Positions 11,850 through 24,513 of a DNA stretch of 64,000 bases are shown in pieces (position 1 is the first letter of the stretch; each line of letters opens with the position of its first letter). Both the position numbers and the translations under genes were made by a program. The notes under the pieces are model-generated. The model had not been told where the DNA came from. It saw nothing but the letters and a program-made list of their open reading frames with translations, and did not search any database. Source of the stretch: Octopus sinensis. Its lineage: Eukaryota. The stretch is from assembly GCF_006345805.1 (NCBI RefSeq), contig NC_043002.1, positions 65,348,001 through 65,412,000 on the forward strand, read 5' to 3'.

Positions 11850-13010
11850 ATGGATTAACTGCTAAGGGGCGGTTCGTCATTGAAATATTTAAGTGTGAAA
11901 TGTTGTTCGTTTATCCAAGGAGAGAAGATCTCATCCCTTGTATTTAGGATGTTATCTGTTGATTGTATGCTATTTAGATTTTTAATGATACGTAATTCAC
12001 ATATGCTACTGCGTTCTCTCTATTTTCTGGCTTTAACAATGATGTTCCATTTTTGGGGTGGTTCTTATACTACCTTCTTTCAATGTCCATATCATATTGG
12101 ATAGAGGTGGTCGTGTTTAAATTTTCATTTTTGTCTCTGAATGACACCAGGTGTTGTGTGTATCTTTCCTTGAATGAGTTACCCGTCATTCTGATATACT
12201 TATTCGCTACTCCATTGAGTTCTGTCACTTTACACTCGTATACAGGTTCTTTTTTCGGAACAGAAAAAAGCAGTTGGAAGGTCTGAAGTTACTATATCTT
12301 TCGGGAATATTTCTGATATGTTTATTTTTATTGTGGTTAAGTATTGTTGACCTTATATTAGGGTGGCAAACATAGCTAACTTTAACAGTGTTTCCGTCGA
12401 AAATCTAATGGTATTTGAATGAATGTCGGGGAAGTGATTGGCTAATTATTTTAAGAATATCCTAGCGATTGTAGTGTCCACATTCACGCTATAATGTGGC
12501 TTAAACCATAAGATCTTCATCTGTCCGCTTCTTCTTGGTCTGCTTGTATTTGGTTAAATGCAGTTTATGATATTCTTGAAGTTGAACCTTTCTAATGCAA
12601 CATTATAGTATGGGACGGCTTTTTTAAAGGTGTTTTTATCGGCGGATAAATTGGAGACGCCCCTGCTAATATTGTTGACTAGTTGTGTATTGACTGCTGG
12701 TGTTTGGAGCCTATGACCTTATACGAGGTTCACACATTTTGTTTATGGTAGGGTTTTAATTTACCTTTGCTAAGGTTAATGTTAATATGTAGGAAATTGA
12801 CTTTTTTAAGGTTGGAACTAATTGTGGTTGTTGAACTAATTAGCTAAATATTTGGTATAATTGTTACCTTTTTCAATCCATATCGTGTCCGTTTTTATTG
12901 TGTAGCACTGCCAGGACATCGTCCTTAAATAAAATTATATTAGCTTTTTTTTATTACTTTCCTAAGGACATCTAGAATATAGAGACTTAAAAGATCAGCT
13001 TTTTCCGCAC
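11850..13010 (-). pseudogene. Penelope-like element: RT C-terminus plus GIY-YIG endonuclease, decayed
   Basis: ILFKDDVLAV (YRDD-like), KILWFKPHYSVNV, NTVKVSYVCHPNIRSTILNHN, EPVYECKV...KYIRMTGNSFKERYTQHLVSFR. Confidence 0.85.
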
Positions 13011-13044
13011 CATCATAGCTGTATATATAAACACACATGCGAAC

Positions 13045-13079
<35 letters not shown>

Positions 13080-13099
13080 TATATATACTTTCAACGACA

Positions 13100-13220
13100 A
13101 AATTATTTAATTGTGCAATACAGTAATATTGCTTCCCTGTGAAGCTTTACCATAGCGTCGTATATTATCGACTGCTATTTCCAGTAAATATTGGTGCACT
13201 GACGTACCACTGACTTTTAC

Positions 13221-13295
<75 letters not shown>

Positions 13296-13620
13296 TATAG
13301 TGGGGGAAAATTCACAAAAAAGCAAAAGACGAAGACAGGCGGTGTAGACAACAAACAGATGTATTAGTATAACGATCGGAAAGTGAAAAAGTTTTTAACG
13401 TTTCGAGCCTACGCTCTTCCACAGAAACGAACACAGAAAGAAACAAGGAGAGAAAATAAAGAATGTGTAGTGGCTAGTGATCTATCATGGCGAACACATG
13501 AGAGTCACACATGAGAGCTAGGAAGAAGGGGGAATAATAAGGTAGTGGTGATCCCAAAACGAAGATGCGCGTGCGTGTGTATAAGAGAGCTTTATGTGCA
13601 TCTGGAAGAGGGTTGGATGG
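13100..13620 (-). mobile_element. Penelope-like terminal repeat fragment
   Basis: CTGTGGAAGAGCGTAGGCTCGAAACGTT motif; resembles 9010-9075. Confidence 0.5.
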
Positions 13621-14018
13621 ATCAATCGATAGCTAGATAGACAGATAGATACATAAGTTGAGAGAGAGAGAGAGATTGCGTTGCGCTGGGCTCTAATTCC
13701 TGATGACGGTGCCCCAACGACTTCATGGTCGTACTGTCGACTATTAGAAAGACTGAAAACCATTTCTTGCGATGGTTTGACTCAAGCGATTCCTTCTGGA
13801 ACAAATGAGTGACAGAGAAAAAAGACACAGAGAAAAAGAGATTATGAGCATGGGAGAGCTTGAGATACAGAAAAGGGATAAATTCTATCTCAGCTGACAA
13901 TTTTCTTTGTAGAAAACAGGATGAAATAATTAACCAGCCTCGGCAGCATTGGAACTATGATCACCTATCTCGCTAAAAGCGTGTAGATCTTCACATGGAA
14001 ATATGGATACATATAGGC

Positions 14019-14080
<62 letters not shown>

Positions 14081-15309
14081 ATACGAACACATATATACAC
14101 ACAGATATGTGGGGATTTATATCTGTGTATCCATGATTCTCGATAAGATATGAATATGTATATCTATATACGATGCATATATGTATATATGGATTTCACT
14201 GCATGAATGTGAATCTATTGAAAAACATAATTCATGGTTTGTTTGGAATGAAAAAATCTACTTAGAAAATAATATTTGTACATAAAAATATAAATTCATT
14301 CTTTTATTTCTTTTTTTTTTCTTTTGGAGAAATGAATCAACGATGTGAAAATCCTGACAAGTTGCAATGGCGGGGCAGAACCCGTTACTTGTCTGTCTAT
14401 TGACTGTGAATCTGGGGTAGAATGAAGGTCACCAATGTGAAGTCAGAATGGCGGATATCCGATGCGCTTCTATAAATACGAAATCAATCAAATGAACTAT
14501 GAGAAGTTTTGAGAAAGCGGCTGATAATAACGGATTTAATATTTATTTTTAATATATTTTTGCAAATATTTTTTATCTTCTTTCTTTCTCTCTTCTCATT
14601 TTTTTCTCTATGTCTTTTTCAATCTATATATATTTGTCTACCCATATATATCAGTGTGACAATTTTTTGGTCACTTCTTACTCATATTCACTCGCCTTAT
14701 CACCCTATTTCTCTTTTTGTCTGTCTCACTCTCTCGCACACAAACACACACACACACACACTCACACACTTTCACTCTCTTTCTTTCTTTCGTTCGCTCT
14801 ACTGATTTCTGTCCTTCAGTCGCTGATTCAATATAGCGCCATGTTTTTATATATATATACATATATTTATATTCTGTTCCCTCTATCCTCCCTGTATTTC
14901 TATCAATCTCTCTATCACCAAGTATCATTATCATACTATTTCCACGGCTCGATAGACACGTTATCTCTTTTTCTTCAATTCTCTCTCTCCTCTCTCTCTC
15001 TCTCTCTGTCTCTCTTTCTCTTTCTCTCTCTCTGTCTCTCTCTCTCTCTCTGTCTCAGTCATTCGCGATCTACCTATCAATCTCACCCCTTTCTCTCTCA
15101 CGGATTTGTATCATTCATTTTTGCAACGTCACATTATGTCATTTTCTCCTTGTCCATTCTTCATACCAATAAATTACTATTTTGTTGATGATTTTCATGT
15201 TATCGTCACTTTAAATATCACATTTCGTGTCGATATAATGATAGACAGCTAACTACGGAGCAGAGGTTTCTCATCTCAGTTGGTAAATTAATAAAGGCTA
15301 CAATTTAAC

Positions 15310-15715
15310 ACAAGGTCAGCCGTTTCAAAGTGCGGGTTAAGTCGTTTACATCGACACCAGCATGCAAGTGATACTGATGTTATTGACCCCGAAAGCTTGT
15401 AAATCAGAATCGACTTCGGCAGAAGGTGAACTCAGGTGAACTAGCGCCAATTCGTCCGGCATACTAACGATTCTGCCAGTTCGGTGCCTTTTGGAGTAAA
15501 CTAATATTATCAAGGAAACTAAAAGATGCTTAGCGGCATTTTGTCAGTCTTTGCGTCCTGAAATCAAATCCCGCCGAAGTCGGCTCCACCTTTCCTACTT
15601 TCGGGGACAAACACAGGCACACAAACATACACACCCACACACACACACACAAGGTGCCATGCAATGCGACTGAACCCGGAACCATGTGGTTGGTAAGCAA
15701 GCTACTTATCACACA
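15310..15715 (-). mobile_element. Cluster of decayed SINE A (15310-15490 minus, 15525-15610 plus) and SINE B head (15640-15715 minus)
   Basis: Similarity to intact copies. Confidence 0.65.
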
Positions 15716-17182
15716 CACACTCCTACGTATGTCTGTAGGAATATTAATGGTAATTGTTAGCATGCGTATTTTTTGTTGACATACGACGGTCATAAAACTG
15801 CGGAATAAACTAACAATGTCTGACGAATCATATATCTTGAGCTGTTTCTACAATACCGAAATAGGCACTTCCTTGCCACAATTTCGCCAACAGAAATTCA
15901 TCGAACCAGCGACTGACCCATTGGAAACAGGAACCATCGACTTGATTATGCACCAATCGTAATTCTGTAATACAGAATAAAATAAAATGAACCGAAGATA
16001 ATACACTGCACAATTTCGAGAATATTAATGCTTAATATATTTCGTGAACTTTCACAATATAAACTGAGTTTTCATAAAATGTGGACGGTTTACTTCGATA
16101 TGGACATTTGGTTAACATGGACACATAAGCAATGCCATGCCATGTGACGTTATCGTCAAGATGCGATCCAGGAACTCGCACATTGGTAATTTATTGCATC
16201 GTATAGTGATCCATCTGTGCATATCACACTTCGAAATATCTTTAAGCTGAGCGGCTTTCTTATTATGGTTGGCTATATTTGAATTTCGATTATTGTTGTT
16301 GGTGTTCTTATTGTTGTTGTTGCTGTTTCTTTTGTTGTTGTCGATAATCATTTTTCGTTTCTTTTTTTTTTTGCCTTACATATTCATCGACATCTTTAAT
16401 GGTAACTGACTTTTAAAAGACAACATACCAGCAAACATATAAAAAAGATATACACAATACACAAACAAGTACATACATATATATACACACATATACATAT
16501 TATATACATTTACACACACATACATACACACACACACACTCATATATATATATATATGAGTGTGTGTGTGTGTGTATGTATGTATATGTATACACACACA
16601 TATATATATACAGAAAACAACGAGCCAAATAATAAATACGATAATAATAAACAAGAAAAATTAGATAACAGCAAACATACAACAACATAGTATACAACAC
16701 ACATACACTAAAATAAAAAAAAATTCAAGCAAATATCTGAAATGAATTTATTCCAGAAGATTTGAAATAAATTGAGAAATTGAACTAAGAAAAATAAAAA
16801 TGAACACAGAATGACTGGAAATTTAAAATTCTACTGAATAAAACTGAAATAGTATGATAAAACAAACAATAATTTAGAGTTATTTCAAGCGAAAAATGGA
16901 GAGATATCCGCGGTGTTGGTTATGGGAAATTTAACAAATGTTGTTGAGGTTGTGGTTGATACAATTAAGCAGAAACCGAGTTTTTTGCTCAAATGGTAAT
17001 TGGAATTAGATAGATGGGTGAAGTGATAGATAGACAGACAGAAAGATATATAGGAACATTTATAGGCATACATACGGACTTACATACAGTAAGAGAGTGG
17101 GGAGAAAAAAGATAAAGAGATTGATGGAAAGATATGCCAAAATATACGAATACTTATATGACAATTTAACTTCCAGGTGTTC

Positions 17183-18250
<1,068 letters not shown>

Positions 18251-19517
18251 TATAGAACACTCGAGTATAGAATTCTGATTTTCCTGGCAAGCAACAGCTA
18301 TGAAGTTATCCGATTTCTTTTGCTGCAGTAGCTGTACAGAGTAGTTAAAGGAAATTGGTGGACAACTTCGACTCTATGAGAGTGTTCCATATTTCTATGT
18401 ATGAATATATTAACAAATGAATGGCAGGAGTATAGAAGGTATATGTTCACCTTCAGCATGTAATTATTTCTGTTATAAGAAGCACTGCAGTGAGTGCCGA
18501 ATGCTTGTGTAGCATCACCTCAATTGCATGGCATCGAAGCACCTATTTGAAGTAGCACAAGCACTCAGCTCTGACTGTATGACTTCTCATAGCAGAAACA
18601 CCACTCAACTAATCAAATTTATGAAGTTGCTACTGTTCTTTTTTATCATTTATTCGTTACTATCACGCTCTGTCAAAAGAATTATTTTCAGGCAAAAGTT
18701 CATTGAGTCCTCACAATTGACTAGTACTATCGCCTTGTAGAAGTGAAATCATAAAATATATATAATGCACATAAATGCTACATCAAAAGATATTAGGACA
18801 CGTATGCAGCAGAAACACGTGTCGGATTGGAATCTAATCTGAATTCAATGAGAATAATATTGTAATAAACAAGTTTTGAAGACGTATACTTCTCCATTTT
18901 TCTTTATGATGTCATGATTACATACACACACACACACACAGGTAGGTAGGTAGATAGATAGTTGCATATATATATTCATGCATATAAACACATAGATATA
19001 TGCACACATATATACATACAATCACACACATATATACATGTAAATATACACACACATAGTACGGACATACATAGTACGTCAGTGGCACTAGGATACATAC
19101 ATCTGATGATGTATTCAAGAAATTCCATTATTTGTAATTATTTTCAGACCTTTCATGAAATCTGTATTTGCTACCCAACATAATACAGTACAAAGCAATA
19201 AATTTGATATTTAAAATCAGAGTCAAGCCTACGTAGCTAAATATCGGTCTAGCTAAATAATATCTTGAATTATAGTAAAGGATTGGTCATAGCCAGAACG
19301 CATTTGATCATGGTGAAAAATCCTTTACAGTTGACCTGGAGCAAAACAGAAGAAATTTCAATAACGACAATAAGTATTTAATTTTGATTGCTATCGAGAA
19401 ATACTGACTCTGAGCCACACAAGCAGGTTGGGATCCTGTATTGTGTTAATGCTGAACATCATTGAGAAGAAATCGTTTAAGGTGGAGCACAACTCCAAAT
19501 TATTTATAGCAATTTAT

Positions 19518-19526
19518 GCAGCAGCG

Positions 19527-19568
<42 letters not shown>

Positions 19569-19720
19569 TAGTAGTAGTAGTAGTAGTAGTAGTAGTAGCT
19601 GCAGCAACAGCAGAAGCAAGAGCAACAGCAGAAGCAAGAGCAACAGCAGAAGCAAGAGCAACAGCAGAAGCAAGAGCAACAGCAGAAGCAAGAGCAACAG
19701 CAGCAGCAGTAGTAGTCGTA
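19518..19720. repeat. (TAG)n array followed by an 18-bp minisatellite AGCAACAGCAGAAGCAAG x~4.5
   Basis: Seen directly. Confidence 0.9.
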
Positions 19721-20394
19721 GTATTTGTCGTTGTTGCAGTCGTTGTTATTGGAGTTGTTGGTGTTGTTTTTGTCCAAATTGTTTAGCTTCACTTCCGGCC
19801 AAATTGAGATGACCTGTAAATGTTGATGTCTCATTTGATATCACGCCGACTCCTTTTGTTATATTTTGTTATTGATATTTAATCTAGGTATCAAATAATC
19901 TTCAAATAAACAAGCAATAGAAGATATCTCGGTGAAAAATGACAACGATTGTTTTTTATTAGCGCCGGTTTTGGTCATCAGGTAATACTAGTTGGTTTTC
20001 ACATAAGTTTATGTCTCATAAAGATGTCGCAATTTTCATGCAGCCATAACGAGGAAACAAAAAAGGCTACAAGCAGTTTTAAAAAAAGGATAAACAGTGG
20101 TTGTCAGTAAGCCTTTGTGTGGATTCTAATCGGCTTTCTGATATAAATAACGGTCAAATTTCCCTCAAATTAAACCCTATGTTTTAAAAGAAACTTTGTG
20201 GTCCATACAACACGCTGTGTAAGATGATTTGACGAAATGAAAGACGATTTTACGAATGAGTTTAATGTAGTGCTAAACAAGAGTAAATAAAACAGATAAT
20301 AGTCATCGAAATGCCTTTAAACATTTTGCCACAGTGTTAATATTTCTGCGAGCTCACCGTCTTTCCAATAATAATGATTCTAATAATAATTGTT

Positions 20395-20605
20395 TCAAAT
20401 TTTGGAACAAGGCCAGAAATTTCGGGAGGGTGCTAAGTTGATTGTATTGACCTCAGTATTCAACTGGTGCTTATTTTATCGACGATGAAAGGATGAAAGG
20501 CAAAGTCGAGCTTGGTGGGGTTTGAACTCAGAACGTAAGGAGAGACGATGTGCAGCGAAGCCGTTTACCCGGCGCACATAGCGAGTCTACCACCTCGCTA
20601 CCTTG
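20395..20605 (-). mobile_element. SINE family A with the alternative tail (CCTCCCGAAATTTCTGGCCTTGTTCC)
   Basis: Same head and core, different 3' end. Confidence 0.7.
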
Positions 20606-20671
20606 TCCATTCTTTAATAAAGAATACCAGAGTTTGGTCCCAAATTAAGCATTGATCGAATAAATGCATAA

Positions 20672-20704
<33 letters not shown>

Positions 20705-20710
20705 CATATA

Positions 20711-21211
20711 TCTTTATATATATATAAAACTGAGAATGTGTATCTATCTGTCTGTTTGTCTTTTTCCCCAAAAACTTGAGAACTACACAACCAATTTCAT
20801 TCAAATTTTACACATGCCTTACTTAGGGTCCATGTAGTTTCATGGGCAAAAAAATGTTCACCCGCTTGCCGAGGGTGAGCCCATAGCAATATCATATCTT
20901 CTCCACTATTTCAGTATTACATGTTAAAAGTGAAACAAAAACATCTCTCTATTTTAAGTCAGATACTTTCCCTTTAACAATAAAAATTAGAGATAATAAT
21001 AACAATTGAATTATATGTAGTAAGTAATAATTAAAATCAAACTAATGTATGATATAATAATTAAATCGTAACATTGCATCAATGACTTCAACTTGAATCA
21101 GTGGTTTCACATGAATGGGAATAAATAAAAAATAAAAATTAAATGCGAAATGGAATAGTCCAGATGGAGTTGTGCACGGCATTTACATTAGATTATTTGC
21201 TAATTAGCTAG
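20711..21211 (+). mobile_element. Non-autonomous Helitron-like element
   Basis: 5' a|TCTTTATATATATAAAAC, then (TCTG)n and CAACCAATTTCATTCAAATTT; candidate CTAG end at 21208-21211 without a clear hairpin. Confidence 0.45.
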
Positions 21212-21268
21212 CATTAAGTATCTATATGAAGTTTGGCTGTACGTAAGATGCTTCTACTGAGTACCGCT

Positions 21269-22930
21269 CTTTTGGACTTTATTGTAAGTTGCCAATTATT
21301 TGCTGTTGAATTTGCTATTGAATTGTTATTGAAAGTTTTGTTATACGGTTTTTGTTATACTGTTTTTTGGTCTGTTGGCCGTTGTCTGTCTGCGTTGAGA
21401 CAGACAAACAGTGATGGACCGCCCCTCCCTAATGGGAGAGATGGCAGAAGAAAGGTTATTCGAGAGTCTATCTGAGGCATCGACCTCCGAGGACGAGCTA
21501 ATTGGTGCCGTCAATAAGATGGATATAAAGGTCGGTAAGACGTATGTTGGAGCAGCAAGGAAGACAGAAGAAAAGGAGATAGACCTGGAAAAGTTGCCAG
21601 GCTTTCAGGCATATATGACGAGGGAAGGAGGAGAGGTAAAGCTGTTACCACCAGAAAAACGTGGTGAATGGTTTGAAAAAAGAGTGATTAAATACCGGAC
21701 ATACGTAAACGATAACAAGAGAGTCGAGATGGTGAAAATGGAAGATATTGAGGAGGCGTTAAGGAGAGTGGAAGAAGAAACTGTATTTGTGACAAGAGGT
21801 AGTGAGTACGGAACGATAATGGTGCAGTTTGGAAACAAGAATATGGCGAGAAAAATGGCAGCAAAGGCGATCAAAACAGAAAAGGTAATCTTAGTACCAA
21901 CTTACATGAATAAGAGAACCACAAGAATAAGAGTGGAAGGGATACCCCCCCCCCACATAGAAGGTGAATGGGTCGTTGCAGCGGTAATAAAAGAAGTCGA
22001 AGAGGAGGTAGACATCTTGCAGGCTACCGTAAAGGGTGAAGGCTGGAGAGGTAAGACGCTTGAAATGAGTGTACAAGCGGAGGAGGATACACACGAAAGA
22101 ATGACAGACAACATAAACATGGGAAATATTGTAATGAGAGTATGGGTGGAGGGCAGAGCACCAAGATGCTATAAGTGTGGCCTGAGGGGCCACATAAGAG
22201 CTTACTACCCTCCCCCACAAAAGGAAACTGTGAACCAGGAAAATGAGGAGGTGGAGCAAAAACAAGTTGAGGAGGAAGAAACTGAGGAGGAGGAAGCTCA
22301 GACTGGATGGGAAGATTTAAGAAAGAAGAGAAAAAGGAGAAGAAAAGTGAACTATGGTGAACCCCAACCCACCCCAACACCACCCGCATCCTCTGAATCC
22401 CATCCTTCCTCTACAAACAGTCATTCCACCCACTCCCCGCCTAAAAGAAAACCCAAAAAAAAATAATGCAGACACACAAAGTAAACAAGATCCCAAGCCC
22501 CATATTTTATGTTTTGTGGAAAGGGAGGACACGAAGGACTCGAAAGACATGATAGATAATTATTCATGGTATGAGAGAGCAGATGGGAGTTATGCGGTTG
22601 TGCCTCGGGAGCAAATGGAAGGAATTATGGCGAAGTGTGTAAATGAGGGTGTGAAAGTGATTAAGGTAGCATTTACGGATGAGACGGTGAAAGAGTATGA
22701 AAGGAAGGCTGAGAGAATGATAAAAAAATATGGGCTTTTGATTGGAGATGATAAATGACGATGGTTTATGAAGGACAGATAAGTGGTGCTGGCGGAAGGG
22801 GCCGTTAGCATCACTTTCATATTATCATTTTCAAAATTTCATCTTACATACTTTTATTTTATAATGTTCTATGTCCCCAATGTCTTGTAGTGTCCACTCT
22901 ATGTCGCCCCTAGTGGGAAATAAAGAAATA
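21269..22930 (+). mobile_element. ORF1-only non-LTR retroposon E1 (1.66 kb, no RT or endonuclease)
   Basis: 17-bp direct repeats TTCTACTGAGTACCGCT at 21252-21268 and 22931-22947; single Gag-like ORF; ~170-nt 3'UTR ending GCCCCTAGTGGGAAATAAAGAAATA. Confidence 0.8.
21414..22758 (+). CDS. LINE ORF1/Gag-like protein (~450 aa), split by a +1 frameshift in the A9 run at 22455-22463
   Basis: RRM-like region, VEGRAPRCYKCGLRGHIRAYY (CCHC knuckle with last Cys changed to Tyr), acidic and basic linker, continuing in the 22354..22758 frame. Confidence 0.75.
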
Positions 22931-23765
22931 TTCTACTGAGTACCGCTGTTGATTTATTTCTGATCCCTAAAGGCCTATAGCTTCAACAGAGTACTGCTCT
23001 TTTGTTTACCGTAAGGTTTGTTGTTATTATTTCTGTTTAACTATTGTTATTGATCCTCGTAAGGGAAGCGTTGTTGTGTTGCATTTGTTAAATAATTGTA
23101 AACCGTAACCCTCCCTCTTTGGGAGAAGGAGCTTTGGTTATTGTTTAAAAATTGAATTGTGTCCCTGTTTGGGGAAATTGACAATATTTTCACCGTTTAC
23201 AAGGAAGCATTTTTGTTAGAATGCCTTCGATAGAAGAAAGTCCCAAAATGAATTTCGCTGCAGCCGTCAGCGGGCGGCGAACTCATTAAAATTAAAATGG
23301 AAGAAATACAAACTTATTTCGGATTGATCACCAACAAAGACGGTGAATCTAAGATAACACCACCAAACGAAATAAAAAATTAAATTAAAGAAAAGACTAT
23401 TGCCTATAAAGTATACAATGTAGAGAAAAAAACGATTTGAACACCTGGAGGAAAGCACCATTGAAAAGTATCTTGGTGTGACTATGAAAGATATCAAGTA
23501 TCTAACCAGAGGCGGTAAATTCGCCACAATAGAAGCAAGGTTCCAGTCAACGGAGCATGCAAGGGAGTACTCGACTCGAACCTTGCAAAGTGGAAATATT
23601 TTATTTTTACGTTTATATCTGGGGCGTAGGACGTCCCGGATAAAAGTTTTAAATGCCCCCCCCCCTCGAAGTAGAGGTAGGCTGGATTGTAGCCACACTT
23701 CTATACAAGAGGGAGGACAAGATACGGTTGATCGAAATTACAAGAGAAGGGCTAACAATTCCAGT
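22931..23765 (+). pseudogene. Divergent ORF1 paralog E2, decayed and 3'-truncated (5' stub ~21229-21268)
   Basis: IKYLTRGGKFATIEARF...LYLGRRTSRIKVLNAPP.EVEVGWIVA aligns with E1 TVFVTRGSEYGTIMVQF...TYMNKRTTRIRVEGIPP.IEGEWVVA; stops and frameshifts. Confidence 0.8.
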
Positions 23766-23899
23766 TTGTTATATATTTTGAGTATTGTTATCATTAGCGA
23801 TATCAAGATATAACTTTGTATTTTGTATTTTATGTGTAGATTTATATATATAGATGTACATGTAATATGTACACATATATATACACATATATACATGCA

Positions 23900-23996
23900 C
23901 TAGCACTATGACCCGGCAACGACGGGACTTTAATGCCAGTATATTTATAAATGTATGTATGTATGTACATATATGTATGTATATATGTGTGTGTGC

Positions 23997-24031
<35 letters not shown>

Positions 24032-24445
24032 AAACTTATAAACAAGAGCAAAAGAAAAAATTCTAATGCCAAATATGCCGAAAATAGACTTAAATCGTCA
24101 ATAACCATATAATTCATCACTATAAGCACGCGTCTCAAAGCAAGCCGACAGAACTTGAGAATTTTCAGTCCGATCACACATGTCTCAAGGTATGCTGTAG
24201 AAAAACAGCAAAGAATGGAAGATGCAGTTATGTACAGGATGACGGAAGTAATGCAGGACAAAAATGGCTTTATCGATCGCATTCTCACCTAGAATCGTTT
24301 TTTGTAATTTTTTCAAGACTTATACACGCCCTGATACCGTCGGTATCTACAGATCAAATTTGAGCGCAATCGGATGGAGGATGCCGGGATCCTAGAAGAC
24401 ACAGACAGACAAACAGACAGATAGAACGGATTTTATATATATTAT
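23900..24445 (-). mobile_element. Non-autonomous Helitron
   Basis: Minus strand 3' hairpin CCCGTCGTTGCCGGG then TCATAGTG-CTAG|t; 5' TATATAAAATCCGTTCTATCTGTCTGTTTGTCTG. Confidence 0.6.
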
Positions 24446-24472
24446 ATATATATAATATATAAGATATATATA

Positions 24473-24513
<41 letters not shown>

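Noticed and set aside
21605-22550. Antisense ORFs over E1, and over E3 (36002-36560) and the RTE (61571-62513)
   Set aside because: Shadows of purine- or GC-rich sense coding sequence
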